The notes: generated from the letters alone by a model not told the origin. A stretch of DNA of 63,269 bases, filler included, from Perkinsus chesapeaki ATCC PRA-425 (GCA_013115145.1; 6 parts of 6 records of this genome joined end to end with filler, not necessarily neighbours in it), one strand, 5' to 3'; positions 25,667-42,042 are shown, counted from the whole stretch's first letter. A program made the numbers and translations.

Positions 25667-28600
25667 CTAGCCTAGCTTACTAGCATATAGGGACAGTGGA
25701 CACAACAGCACTGGCCTAAGCTTTGGCCTGCCCCAGAAAATGCTGCCTATGCCCGAAAAACCTTCGCGCCAGTACCTTGTATTCCCAATGTGGCTAGCTC
25801 GGCCTGACGAGGACTTGACATGTGTCACGATCTTGGCGAGTTTTCGAAGGTGCAAAGGGAGCATCTTGCGAGTGCCTGCGGGGTTCAAGTTAGAAAGGCC
25901 GCGAAGTCCTAACTCCAGAATAGGGTCTCGAAGGGCTCCTTCTTCCAAATGTAGAAGAGATGCCCACTTGCGAACATGTGTAAGATAGTTCGCGGCTGTG
26001 GCCGAGCTCCTAAAAGTACTTAACCAAAGTCGTAGTGTGGATGATGAAGGAGGGAAGTAGAGCAGGGTTCGCCCTGAGACGACTGCAAGGCAATCGACAA
26101 AAGAGATGTAGCACCTCCGACCGGATAGGTACTGGCGGAGTGAAGTGGCAGACACGGAAGACAGAGTCATGTAGTAGGCGCTAAGCTGTAGTATTCGGCT
26201 GATACTTGAACCTTCTGTGGCTTGTTGCTGGCAGAGGAATTGTGCGATCTGCCTAGGTGCCGGAGGCTTTTTATGTGGCTTGATGAGAGAGGAGAAAGGC
26301 GAGGCTTCGAGCGCCCTAAGCTGCACCGCCGCGGAGGCCAGGCTTTCCAAGTGGGTTCTATCAGCAGGACTTCGAAATGCTTGGCGAGAGGTTGACATTG
26401 AGAAAGGAAGGGAAGCGACTAGCTATACCAGAATCTTCCCGTGTTAACACTGCGAGCACATTATTATCGGAAACGGAATAGCGTGAACAGCGACTGTACT
26501 CACTTTATAGATTCAGAGCCGGCCACACAGGCCGGACCCTCGAAGACGCCTGAACTAGCTCAAAGTTATGTCGGGATGGGCCATCTGCCAGATTCTGGAG
26601 GGAGGGCACTCTTGCCACCCATACTGATATCGAGTGGTGCGCGGCCGTCTTCCAGAAGGTGCCTATCATGTGGTTGAGATCCCTGGCAGCGGACGAACCA
26701 CGGACCAAGGCGTCTTCGACGCTCTTATTGTCGAAGACAATAAGAGCCACACGTCTTGGAATGCAACTGCCTACTAAACGTACTAAAAGTGGTCAACGCA
26801 GCATATAGTTCCAGGGCAGCTATCTGGTTTTTCCGGGAGTCGACCTTTCCCAAGGTAGTCTCTGGGACAGATTCCGCGAAATACAAATCCTTAGATCTGC
26901 AGCCTGTTGGAAAGCATAAGACACCAGTTATTCTCGAGTTGTCCGACTCCGCGTCAGAGTATAGAACAACGGGGTGATCAGCCTCGGCGACCAGAGGTAT
27001 GATTTTGCTCGGAGGGGCCTTCCGTACAAGAGAAGCAAGATCTCGTAGTGCTCCCCTTAGTCTTTTGTTCACACGGGGTGGCTCGTCGTTTAAAACTCTA
27101 TAAAGAGACCTCGTGAAACTTCTCCAGGAGTAGTCAGCCGATGTGGCTGAAGCGAACGTCAAACGACCACACAGCTTGCGAAGGTCGGCGGGATTGGCGA
27201 TTTCCTCGCGAGCCAGACTTTCCAGATCGCTAGCCAGTTTATCCCTCTTGTCACTAGGCAGAGTGACAGTCATACTGTCTCTACTGAAACCAATATTCAG
27301 GCCCAGTAATGGGACTTCTTCCGCGGGAGACGCTCTCTTAGATTTCTTCTCGCGGAAACCTAGAATTTCGTTAAGAAAGATCCAACAGTCAAACGCTGAC
27401 TCGACCGTACCGTCAGGTTCTATTCCCCAATAATCATCTATAAATGACATTGAGATCCCGGCGAAAAGTACCCGGTGGAGATGTATTAAGCACTGAGATA
27501 TTCTGCAATAGCCAACTACACTTGAGAGGGCCCCAAAGGAAAGGGCTAGATACTGAAAGACCAGCGGAGAACCAACTGGGCTTTTCACACAAATAAGCTG
27601 GAAAGGCGCATCTGCTGGGTTCGTGGCAATTTGCCGATATGCCGAATCGGCATATCGGCATTGCCGATTCATGATCGAATTTATATAACTTCATAGCTTT
27701 GTCAGGATAGTGGCGGCATAACAGCGCCAAGCAGCACAGAGAGTATTGTGAGTTGGCAGGGTGATCTTTTGGTCAAACTTCGTGGCAGAGTTGGTTAGAC
27801 TTCGCCGATAGTCGTCACATAAACGCACTTTACCAGGTTGATACACAGGAAAGCGACGAGCAAGCACGTGATCCCCGTATATTGACGCCGTCTCTTTAAG
27901 AGTATAGGGGCCCTTCATTGTACTAGCTGTGACCTCGTCCAAAGTTTGGGACCAGACTTTGGGCTCATACGGTTTGGAGCGAATGCTCCCCAGAAAGGAG
28001 TCTCTTAAACCAAGGAACTTGTCCAGCAATTCTGAACGAGAGAGAAAGTTCTCACGTGAAGGTACAGACTCTTCGGCGCTCCCTAGGTTGACCTTCTGAC
28101 TCTTCTCTGCAAATACACCCGGGATATTAGGCAAGGCGCCCAAGACAGGGAAGCCTTTCTCTAAGTCTTGAGCTAGCCCAAGATCAGTATAACCGGTAGC
28201 CTTGATGAGGAAGTCCAGAAGAGGCAAGTTGATTCCACCGACAATACGGCGTACATCTGGGTGCATCCGAGATCGCACGACATCCTTCTCTGGCGCCAAT
28301 TCGATTGCCTTCTCCCCGATGAGTTTCCGAACCTCTGTTCGGCGATGCACCAAATTGTCGGGGGAGAGCTCGGCGTGAACACCGATCGCAGCGAGCAAGG
28401 ACGAGGGAAGAGATGGTCCAACAAGAGTCGGGTGCGGGCGGGACTTGGCCGCAGCTAGATGCTCTGCAGGCCCACCCTGAACTACGAAATTTCGTAGGGC
28501 TTTGGCATCTACCTTGAAACTAGTGTAGAATAGCGTTGGGGGAGAAATGCCCAACTCGAGACAGATTCTACGATAATGGCGAATGGCCATCGGCGAGAGA

Positions 28601-30400
28601 TCCGTCAGGACTGTACGCAGGCGTTTTCTTGAAGGTTGGAAGATGCCCATGACAACGGAATCGGGAGGAAGAGTGCTCAAAGCCGAACTGTTTGGGTGGT
28701 TGTAACCTTATCTAATTGACAAGCGAGGAAACTTAAACGCAAATTGCTCCCTGACTCGGATATAAAACGAGATGATGCGGATTGTTATAGAAAAGAAACC
28801 GCTGAAATAATCGTAGGGTTATGGCAGAGACTACTGAGTGAGCCCTCCTTCAATGATACAACTACGAGTATCGATAACGCTTCCCCTCAGAGGAATTCTT
28901 CTTATCCTTGGACTCCTTGTCATTATTGCTATTGTTGTTGCCGCTACCACTGCTGCCGCCATCGCCACTGGGATACCAGCCACGTTTCTGGTAGCTCCAT
29001 TTACCTTCTTCCCATTTCTTGGCCTTCTCAGCCTCCTCCTGGCAACGAGTCACAGCCAAGCAGGCAGCCGTCTCACTGAACTTCAACAATTTACTGAAAG
29101 CCGCCTTTCCGCGGCCTTGCCGCAAGAGGTCAGAGACTTTAGTAGTTTGATAGGTGTGGTAGAACACAGCCCCCAATGGCCCACAGGCCCGGGAGCTATG
29201 CCCTTTGAAGGAACAGCATTGCATGCAATAATGCAAATGCTGAATCAGACCCCCTATAGTGAGGGCCGAAGTCAAGTCGTTCTCTTCGTCGTCATTATCA
29301 CTATCGGTGTCATTACCGGTGGGGTTGTTCTTAACTGGAGAATAGGCAACAAAGATTACCGTGACAAACCAACGCAGAATACACATGACGACTTCGTTCA
29401 AGTGGATGTTATTGATTTCGATCTCGGAGTTGACATGGAACTTAGATAAGTCCATAGCGAACACTCTCTGAAGCCTATCAGTAGCAGAAGTGCCCTTGCT
29501 GTAAATGGTGGAGAGTAGCTCAGTGGGTGGGTGAAGAGGCGGGCCCATATTTCTTAGCTGCGGAGCGGCATTGAGCATCCTTTTCAAACTGGGAACCTTT
29601 TTGGATTTTTGCTCTCGGGTAGAAGCCTCAGCCAATTTAAAGAGTAGAGGACCGAGTTTTGTGGGGTCTATGACAGGTTCATCTTCTTGGCCGCCGTCAG
29701 GAGGGTTCGCAACCGGCTGGGGGTCCTCGATTGGTAGCTCATCACCGACTGGTTGTGGTTGTTGTTGTTGTGGATCACCGGCCTGTCGCTGCTGCTACTG
29801 CTGTTGAATACCGACCTGTTGTTGTTGTTGTTGATTATCCCCTCGTTGGTCAATCAGGACAACCTGTGGAGGGAGAGGGATATTGCCGTTAAGGGCATTT
29901 ATGGCCGCATTAGCGACAATGGCGGCGTCGTTGTTGTCATTAGCAGACATGACAGAAAATATCTTAAAATAAAATAACTTGTCAACTGCGGGAAAAATAA
30001 AAGGAATTGTCTCCAAGAGACTACCGGCCCCAAGGGCTAAGATGATCTTAGTAAGATCAGAGAGCAACTCTCTTAGCTGACCTCAGACTATGAGAGAGTC
30101 ATGAGGGTAAGAAATAGGCTCAACCTATGGCTCAAAAGAGCGGGGGGAAGTCAACTTCTAACTCGAAGATATTGCTTTGTGAGTATAAACACCACTCTAG
30201 AAACATGTCTGACAACTAAGAGACCAAGCATCGCTAGCCATCATTTGGGAGCATCCGCTAAGTCACAGAGTTATCGACAGCCCTAAAGGGGTAGCTCAAG
30301 CTCTAAGGGCGAGGGATTCTCAGGAGGCGGGAAGGGGGGGGGGTCCCATCTAGGACCTCCCACGCCTCAGGATGCACCCTTGACGATTCACATGAAAAAC
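25667..30400 (-). mobile_element. Tyrosine-recombinase retrotransposon, copy 2 (different family), decayed and 3'-truncated
   Basis: gag-like ORF 29950-28862 (one internal TAG); RT KVRLCDDYRRS, KFDHESA/YRQI, LSFGALSSV, SFIDDY; RNaseH YSDA, IAALELYAA, FDN, RVPSLQNLADGPSR over three frameshifts; YR N-terminal core-binding part only (SLRQYLSG...ATAANYL). 5' boundary approximate. Confidence 0.85.
28862..29950 (-). pseudogene. gag-like ORF1 of YR element 2 with in-frame TAG in a poly-Gln tract
   Basis: ORFs 29795-30067 and 28862-29635 share a frame; ...CAA CAG CAG TAG CAG CGA... separates them. Confidence 0.7.
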
Positions 30401-30482
30401 AGCTTAAAAAAAGGAATAAACCTTCATCTCAACAATGGCATGTACAATTTAATGAAAGCAGTTTGGCGAAGGTATTTGGCCC

Positions 30483-30920
30483 ATGCCGGGCATCTGGTCT
30501 GACCAGCGATTTGTCGTGGCCGTTGGAAGGGCTATTGGGAGAAAACATTTCTACCCAAATACGTTTGTACTGCTGGGTGCATATGTTACGAGCCGTAAAG
30601 AGAGGGAGATAGGCAAATATATCAGCTACGAGACGGAAGGTTCCAGCAGCCAGGCAGCTGATAAACGTGATGCCTTCCTGGACGGCTTGAAGGCTCTCCA
30701 GCGAGCTCCGACCGAGAAGCAATTTGCGGTGGCCGCACAGCTACTTGATGATAAATGGGGCCCATGCTACCCATCTCTAATGCGATATTTCAAACACGAA
30801 TGGCTGTGTCAACGAGCTACTTGGGGGCAAAATTGTCGAGGAGTACCGAGTAGCGTCCCGCGCCATTCGTGTGCGATCGGAGGGACGCACTCAGGGATGA
30901 ACGTCAGTAAGCCGCACCAG
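30483..30920 (+). mobile_element. MULE/Mutator-like DDE transposase fragment (degenerate)
   Basis: PGIWSD...FYPNTFVLLGAY (eroded CxxH region)...APTEKQFAVAAQLLDDKW...YFKHEWL...W...GVP is the MULE-like layout. Confidence 0.65.
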
Positions 30921-31178
30921 TAGTCCTAGTTGTAGCAGTTCTAGTTCGAGTAGTCCTAGTTGTAGTAGTCCTAGTTGTAGTAGTCCTAGTTGTAGTAGTC
31001 CTAGTTGTAGTAGTCCTAGTTGTAATAGTCCTAGTTGAAGTAGTCCTAGTTGTAGTAGTCCTAGTTGTAGCAGTTCTAGTTGTAGTAGTTCTAGTTGTAG
31101 TAGTTCTAGTTGTAGTAGTCCTAGTTGTAGCAGTTATAGTTGTAGGAGTCCTAGTTGTTGTTGTTGTTGTTGTTGTTG
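30920..31178. repeat. Minisatellite, ~16 copies of 15-bp GTAGTCCTAGTTGTA, ending in (TTG)n
   Basis: Direct reading; variant units (GCAGTTCTAG..., GTAGTTCTAG...). Confidence 0.97.
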
Positions 31179-31352
31179 AGTTTTCCCGTCAACTCTTGGA
31201 GTTTTATACGGGATTTGGCACATTGCTCTCTCATGAGCAGGGGTAGAGGTCAAAATAGAACGAAAAATGTAAAGAAAATAGGATGCAAACATAACAAAGC
31301 TACAGATAGTATCATCTGCAGTATGTTAGAAAGTATACAGCTAATAGTACAA

Positions 31353-31790
31353 TTTTTTTTCTTTTTTTTTCTTTTTTTTCTTTTTTTTCTCTTTTTTTTC
31401 TTTCCTTTTATTATATATATATATAGCAAGGATCATAGACTACCCTCCTCAATATTCAGTATCCCCTCCAGAAACTTCCACAGCTCGCCGAACCTCTTTT
31501 TTGTTATACTCGCCCTACTCATTGTGCAGTAGTCATCTTTCAGCCACTCTGGTCTCCTTTCGTCGTATTTCGGACATTTCAATACTGCATGTTCCACGTT
31601 GTGCACTTGGCCTGGGCACATCTCACACATAGGGGACTTGTCTGGTTTTATCTTCGATAGATAGCTGCGCAACACTGGGCTCTGTCCTGCTAACATATTC
31701 CAGACTCTTCCTCCTCTTCGTCTCATTGCCATTTCCCTTACAACCTCTCTCTGCCGGGCCGTTTTCAGCATATTCTTCATGTACTCTTTC
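31353..31790 (-). mobile_element. 3' end of a non-LTR (LINE) retrotransposon: C-terminal Cys/His knuckle plus A-rich tail
   Basis: ORF 31433-31780 LAGQSPVLRSYL...CEMC...HNVEHAVLKC; followed on the minus strand by (GAAAAAAAA)n at 31353-31409. Confidence 0.85.
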
Positions 31791-31890
31791 NNNNNNNNNN
31801 NNNNNNNNNNNNNNNNNNNNNNNNNNNNNNNNNNTTAATTAATTAANNNNNNNNNNNNNNNNNNNNNNNNNNNNNNNNNNNNNNNNNNNN
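31791..31890. other. Assembly gap with artificial linker
   Basis: N run with TTAATTAATTAA at 31835-31846. Confidence 0.99.
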
Positions 31891-31996
31891 CACTAGTAAC
31901 ATATTTCCTATCAAACTCCTTTCTATTATATCTCCTCCTCCGTATCACTAGTAACATATTTCCATCCCCGTGATGAGATGAGTCATCATTTTTCAG

Positions 31997-36146
<4,150 letters not shown>

Positions 36147-36458
36147 TACTGCTGTTCAATATAACGAGCTGAGGTTGACGGACAGATGGTCTGTACAACC
36201 TATCACACTCGAAACAACGTTTCCACTGAAGAAGAAGGTTGTGTGCTGGGGGACAGCTGCGGTGGTGGATGGTGAGGGGAAGGGGGAGATTTGATTAATT
36301 TAGTTTGCTTGGTATGCTGGGAGACTGTCGGGAAAAATCGGGGGAACACAGAAATCCAGGCAGAAAAAAATACGGAAAAAAGAAAACTGTCTGGTGTTAA
36401 ATGTTTTGAGTTGTGGAGTACTTGACGATACTTAGGTTGTCTTATTGTATTGTACTCC

Positions 36459-36914
36459 ATGGAACTGCTATCGACATCGACATTGGGGCATCATAACCGT
36501 CACAACAATGGTGACGGTCTCGAGATGCTATCGGAAGCGACACAGACTGTGACGTCTCCGGGAGCGGAATCATGCAGTAGCGGAGCTTCGACTACGGACC
36601 GGTCAATTTCGAGCGACACTGGTGACCTCTCACTGAAGGGACATAAATTCTGGAAGGCATTGAAGCGGGTTTTTACAAAAGATAAGATTGATGATGATTC
36701 GACGGATGGGGGCAGTGTTAAAGGGGAGGATAAAATGGCAGAGAAAGTGACACGTGCCGGGATCGAACCCATGCTGCCTTTAGATGATGAGCTGAGTGTT
36801 GTGGATGTTCCTTTAGATGATCGAGAATACAACCCGGACGACATCATTTCGTGTTTGTCGGCCTTCTCCGGCTTTGAGGAGGATGAAGTGGTCCTGGAAG
36901 AGGACGGTCATTAA
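36459..36914 (+). CDS. Hypothetical Ser/acidic-rich protein; possible 69-nt intron 36715-36783
   Basis: Open ORF with protein-like composition (KFWKALKRVF); no family recognised. Confidence 0.45.
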   Translation: MELLSTSTLGHHNRHNNGDGLEMLSEATQTVTSPGAESCSSGASTTDRSISSDTGDLSLKGHKFWKALKRVFTKDKIDDDSTDGGSVKGEDKMAEKVTRAGIEPMLPLDDELSVVDVPLDDREYNPDDIISCLSAFSGFEEDEVVLEEDGH

Positions 36915-38685
36915 AATGGCTGGCTCTCGCCGCCTGTGAGCGTAAGCATTGCTCTCTTTTTTATTGGTTCTAAGTCAACAGCAGTTGCCCTGTTGCAGGG
37001 CGATGCTGAATTTACCGGGGCCAAATTCTCATACCAAAACTTCCCCTGTTCACGTCCGTGATGACGGGAGATTTCCTCCACGGGTCAACTCAAATGGTTG
37101 TTGTTTGGAAAATACTATTTTCTGTAGTTGTGGCTGTTGTCAAAAGCGCGCGCCCACATGATCGATTATGAGCACATCTTCTGTACTATTGATGTTGATG
37201 TTGTCCTCCATTGAAAGGAGGATTTCTCTGGTTGGTCCTATCCTCAATGAACTGTATTATTTATCTACTCCCAATTCCTGTTTTTCTGGCCTGGTCTGTC
37301 GGTCATGCGGCGTTCGTTTCTCCCAGTCACCACCACCGACGCTCGTTCTCTCTATCTTGTAGTTGAGCTGAAAACTCGCTCCTGATGTTTCTGTCCAGAC
37401 AGTCGGGAAATGTTGTGTTACATTGGCGGACGGGGATCTGAAGTGGAGGGTTGATAGTGTGCTGGCTGTGGTGAGGTGGTGAAAGTGGCTGCAAATGGTG
37501 CGACGGTTAATCACCTTGTTAATGTGTGCATTTATAAAGCTCCGACGCTGACGAAATTCAGCATTGTCGATCTGCCTAAGTTGCGTTGGAAGGATTTCGT
37601 GCGCTATCGGTCGTAGTCGTATTACACGCTTACTGGGTGATCACGAAGTGGATAACGCTATAGAAGAATTAATCCAAATGAACGATGGAAATAGGGCAGT
37701 TTGAGACAAACACTTGAGTCGGCATTCTTCAAGTCAAGTTGAGGGATAGCGCTCCCACTTCGCCCAATTTCATTCGATCCTAGCCGATTGCTCTCAGAGT
37801 TATACTTTTCCTGTAATGTGGACGGTGTCCTTCACGATCCAAGTCATGTCATGCCTGGCGTGGGGTGGCGTATTTGGGTTGATGCTCTACTCGAAGATGA
37901 AGACTGCGAGAGACTGGCTGGTGGCTTTATTCGTCCTATCATTTATGCTGTAAGCAGCAGAAAAATTGTGTTAAGGCACCTGTTGTGGCTCTGCAATGTG
38001 CCTCCTGTTTTGTTCCTAGCTTCAACAGGTGACATGCATTCTTATGAGCACTAGACTTCTCAGAATTCTTTTCCGGGCTTGAGGCCTTCAGATTAGCGAA
38101 TAAGAAAATCACGCAGGAGTGATATCCCTGTCCGAGGGGCAAGTGATTCCCCTACTCCTAAAGTTGGTGGCCTTAAGAAGCGCGACAAAGATTTGTCGAA
38201 GCTGTATAGTGCTGATGAGGATGCATTTAACGTCCCAGTTTGAGCTGGGAACACAATACTTCCTAATGAGAGTGACATTATCTTTTAGCATTACAGAGAC
38301 ATTGTCGGTGTCGAGGATTGCCTGTCCGATCAGCTTTGACATTATTTGTTTATTTTTAGATACGCCAATGCGGACGAGATGTTCTCTAAATTCCGTTACT
38401 ATCACCTAGCTAAGGCCTGGAAGCCCCAACTGGTCGCTGAGGCTGCCACTGCCATGCTCGTTGGTTTTGCGGCTACCACCTTTGATGACGTGAGTCCTAT
38501 TAGCCAACAGACTTAGGGCCTATTTAATACTATTTTTGTACTCGTGCTTTCATTGGACTTTTCCCGTACCTCTTCGTGATGGGAAAACTTTTCCGAAATT
38601 TCAAAATTCCGAGAAGGACTTGAGAACAATTTCTGTACTGCAGCAGATGCCGTTTTATGTCAGGTTCGCGTTGTAGCTCTGGTGC

Positions 38686-40978
38686 CATGTCTTCTAACGT
38701 ATGCTCTCCGACAGAAGGTCACTGGAAATAGTTTTACAACGATGCTGGGGTGAGCTGAGCGGGCATTGCCGTCGTTGCTGGTGTAACGCATTCACGAATC
38801 TAAACTCGGCGGGAAATACTTTAACTGAGTGAGAAGATCTCATAACGTATCGGTCTTAGGTTCAGCAGGGGAGCGCGAATCTGCTATTTATATTATTAGA
38901 ACTCATATCATCCTTTTCTATTATTATACTCGGTATCACGCACATTTCTATCAGCAATGTAAATTTACTTTATACAAGTAGTTTAATCAGGAGGTATGTA
39001 CTGTACATACCTCCTCCTAAGTGTACATAATGTGCACTCAGGCTTGTATTGCCCTCTGCCAAAGAGTGTAAAGCCTCTAGAAAGTGTAATTCGTCATATG
39101 TTTGTATTTAGCATGGTGACCGGAGAATATCGTCATTCCCAAGCGACACTCATCATGGTTGCTCAACTTGCTGGTTCTGTTTTTGGTGGTGCAATGCATT
39201 ACCTCCTTATGTACACAACTCATGCTGCGGCACCAACACTGGTAGGCGGATGGCATCCTTTCAGGGTTACTCAACAAGTGCCGCTAAAATTGGCTGGACT
39301 TCCATTTTTTCTTTTTTATTCAACTTCTAGTAGCGTGGTTATATCTGCGTGTACGGCAGTGCACCGCACCTTCATGCGCGTCAGTGTCTATGACGATTAA
39401 GTAGCTGCATGGCTCGCCTAACGGTATCTTACTAAGGCCCTTGAGAAATCATCCTGGACCAACTGCAAGCTGATAAATATAATCATGGATGTATGTATTC
39501 CGGAATTGTTACTCATCTCAGTCTGGCCCCTTCATGGCCGTACTCGTATCAGCGGCAGTGGCAACTCTCCCCGGGCAAGCACCTTATGCCGGTTCCCTAT
39601 CGATCCTGTTGCAGCCTCTTACTGTGAGTTCACACCGTATTTCCCTCAAATCACCGTCGTACTGCCTCAGTTCAACGTCATTGTAAGTCGCCTCACTGTG
39701 CAGTGGGCAGGAGTCGGCTCTCATATATTCACAGCCACCGATGCCGTCCCCGGTGGCATGGCCTTCGGTGATGCAATGTGGGCCTCGGGTTTGTTACTCC
39801 TCGCCACCGGACTTGCTGCCATTTATCTCCTCTCTGCTGCGAACGTCGGCCTCGGTAAGGAATGGGTATGCTGACATTGCTAACACCTTTGCAGGTATAA
39901 CATTGAGCAGCTTCGCTGTTGGAGTGGTATCTCTCGCTAAGCCCACCGATGGCGCTTTGGCGGCCTCCATCCTCTATGAGACCATGCCAAGTCGTATTGC
40001 TGTTACCGTGGCCGGTAAGTCGCCCTGATCGAGTGAGCGGAATTCCTGTTTATATTTCGCAGATCTCTCAGCTGGTCACTTGCCTTGTTCCTTCTTCATC
40101 GCCCTCGCTTCAACTGTTCTTGGCGGTGCCATGGCAGGTCTTGTTTCGAAATCTACCATTCTACCTGCGGTGGCGGTGGTAAGCAGGGACTTGAATGCAC
40201 CGTTGTCCAGACTGCCTGTGCCGCTGGACAGATTCCCACTCCTGACGAGGTTACACTGGAAGCTATCACCTCGGCTTCAATATCGATCGCAGTGGCTGGA
40301 AGAGTGCCCCATAAGTCCCTGATTGTCGGTGGTATGTAAATGAGGATATCTTAGGTTGTTCCATGCATTTTGCAGGTCTCATTTATTACGGATGCATTCA
40401 AAATGGCCGCCTCATTCCCACCGTGTCGGAGCTAATTGGTTCGAGCATTCAAGGCATGTTATCGGATGATCATCAATCATACTACAGTACGCATTTGGAG
40501 GATAAATTTCCTTCAGAAATCGAACATCGCACAAATCGGGCAAATAAATGGCCGTCAATGGACAGCAGATGATTGTATCGATGATCGGTATATGGTGGCC
40601 AAACCTTTTCGCCCTTCAGAGGTTTCTTTCTTTTTTCCACCACATTTATCATCCGATCAGCATTATAACGTTTTGAACCCACTCCTCGGGATCTCCTTTT
40701 TTATCAGATCTCGTACTAAGCCGATTGTTCTGGCAATTTTTGGGAGGCCTCATTGGTGCGGGTGCCTATTCATTCTTACTTGGTCATATACAGACCGACG
40801 CTGAACGACTGGCCGATAAAGAGATGGACCGGGTAAGGCCCCCTGTGGTTGACTGTTCGTATGTTGGTGATAGCTTCGCCAAGCTAAGCACGACAAGGAG
40901 GCTGCTGATGTGGAGGCATCTAAGAAGAAAGTTGCAGAGTTCAAGAAAGATGAGAAGGACCCGAAAAAGAAAGAATAG
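38686..40978 (+). CDS. Divergent MIP/aquaporin-like multi-pass membrane gene(s), possibly two tandem genes; structure unresolved
   Basis: TM segments resembling MIP helices: LELISSFSIIILGITHIS, IMVAQLAGSVFGGAMHYLL, SFAVGVVSLAKPTDGA, FLGGLIGAGAYSFLL; charged tail ...KKKVAEFKKDEKDPKKKE* ends at 40978. No canonical NPA found. Confidence 0.4.
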
Positions 40979-41872
40979 ACTTGATTGAGATTCTCTCAAG
41001 GTTGATTCGATTATCAACTTCTACTGTGTATCCTTACTATTGATGTTTCTTGTTCGGATTTAGAGCATTTCCTGATTTCTGCTGTTGAGTTTGAAAAGTT
41101 CAAGAGTTGTTGAAGGCAAGCTCGAATGATACGACAACTATGGGTGATCATTTTGAGAAACGTGAACTTCAAACCGATAGACTAGCGATCAAGTACACTC
41201 TGCATTCCCTCATACACAAGGCTTAGCCTGTCTCTACACTAGCATGCTCGTTACCTTGTGGGCGGAGTCGTGATCGAGACGTCGATTGATACTATCGGTA
41301 GACGATGGCCGACTCTGGTAACACAATCCCAAATGATTTATACGAAATAGTGCTTAGCCGGCAGGCAATACAGCTTCGATGTAGCTTGGCCTGGTAAACA
41401 AGTAATGAAGGGTAGATAAAGCCAACTTTCCACCAACAGAACGGAAAGAAGACTCCGGCGAATCTTCTCTTACACGTAGAAAGAATACAGGAACCTCCTA
41501 CCGCACGCTGAAAGTGCAACGTACCAACTGAAAACTCTAGTAGGCTCTACTAAGTAGAGTAACTCTACCCGATTTAATAAATTCGTGTCATGCAACTTGA
41601 ACATATATTTTGGTTCCGTTTAACCCTTACGCAGTCGGAACTCAGTAAGATATTTAAAGTCATGAAAATAAGAGTTGCATTTGCCTACTCTTCCCATGTG
41701 AAAATTCAACATCAAACCGTTGTTAGTGCCGCACCGCTTCTGCTGGTTGGGAGGAGCAATGCTCCACGGGAGCCAGTTGCGCTCGTACTTTGTTCCCTCT
41801 TTCATCTCGATCGCCTGAAGGTACAACTATACATATTCTACGAAAGAGGATTTGCATTTATACGCGTAAGTT

Positions 41873-41972
41873 NNNNNNNNNNNNNNNNNNNNNNNNNNNN
41901 NNNNNNNNNNNNNNNNTTAATTAATTAANNNNNNNNNNNNNNNNNNNNNNNNNNNNNNNNNNNNNNNNNNNN
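41873..41972. other. Assembly gap with artificial linker
   Basis: N run with TTAATTAATTAA at 41917-41928. Confidence 0.99.
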
Positions 41973-42042
41973 GCGTGCGGTACTCCCTTAATCTCTGGAG
42001 ATTTCACAGCCGCTACATTCGCAAGCTCAATCCGCTTATCAG
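41973..42042 (+). repeat. Dispersed repeat, second copy at 57881-57950
   Basis: 64/70 identical by manual alignment (…ctcccttaatctc[t/a]ggagatttcacagccgctacattcgcaagctca…). Confidence 0.9.

Noticed and set aside
28838-29449. 203-aa hydrophobic plus-strand ORF
   Set aside because: Antisense shadow of the gag-like ORF; its hydrophobicity comes from the complement of Asn/Asp/Lys-rich codons.
30920-31178. Repeat array as CRISPR-like or mucin-coding
   Set aside because: No unique spacers; the Thr-rich frame has an upstream stop and no start codon.
37100-38500. Minus-strand ORF fragments (37257-37514, 38109-38405)
   Set aside because: No recognisable motifs and no consistent splice path; could be a decayed gene, but not supportable.
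40742-40750. GGG AGG C as a Perkinsus-mitochondrial-style +1 frameshift joining two MIP-like frames
   Set aside because: AGG frameshifting is known for mitochondrial genes; this is a nuclear intron-rich locus where unresolved splicing explains the frame change more simply.
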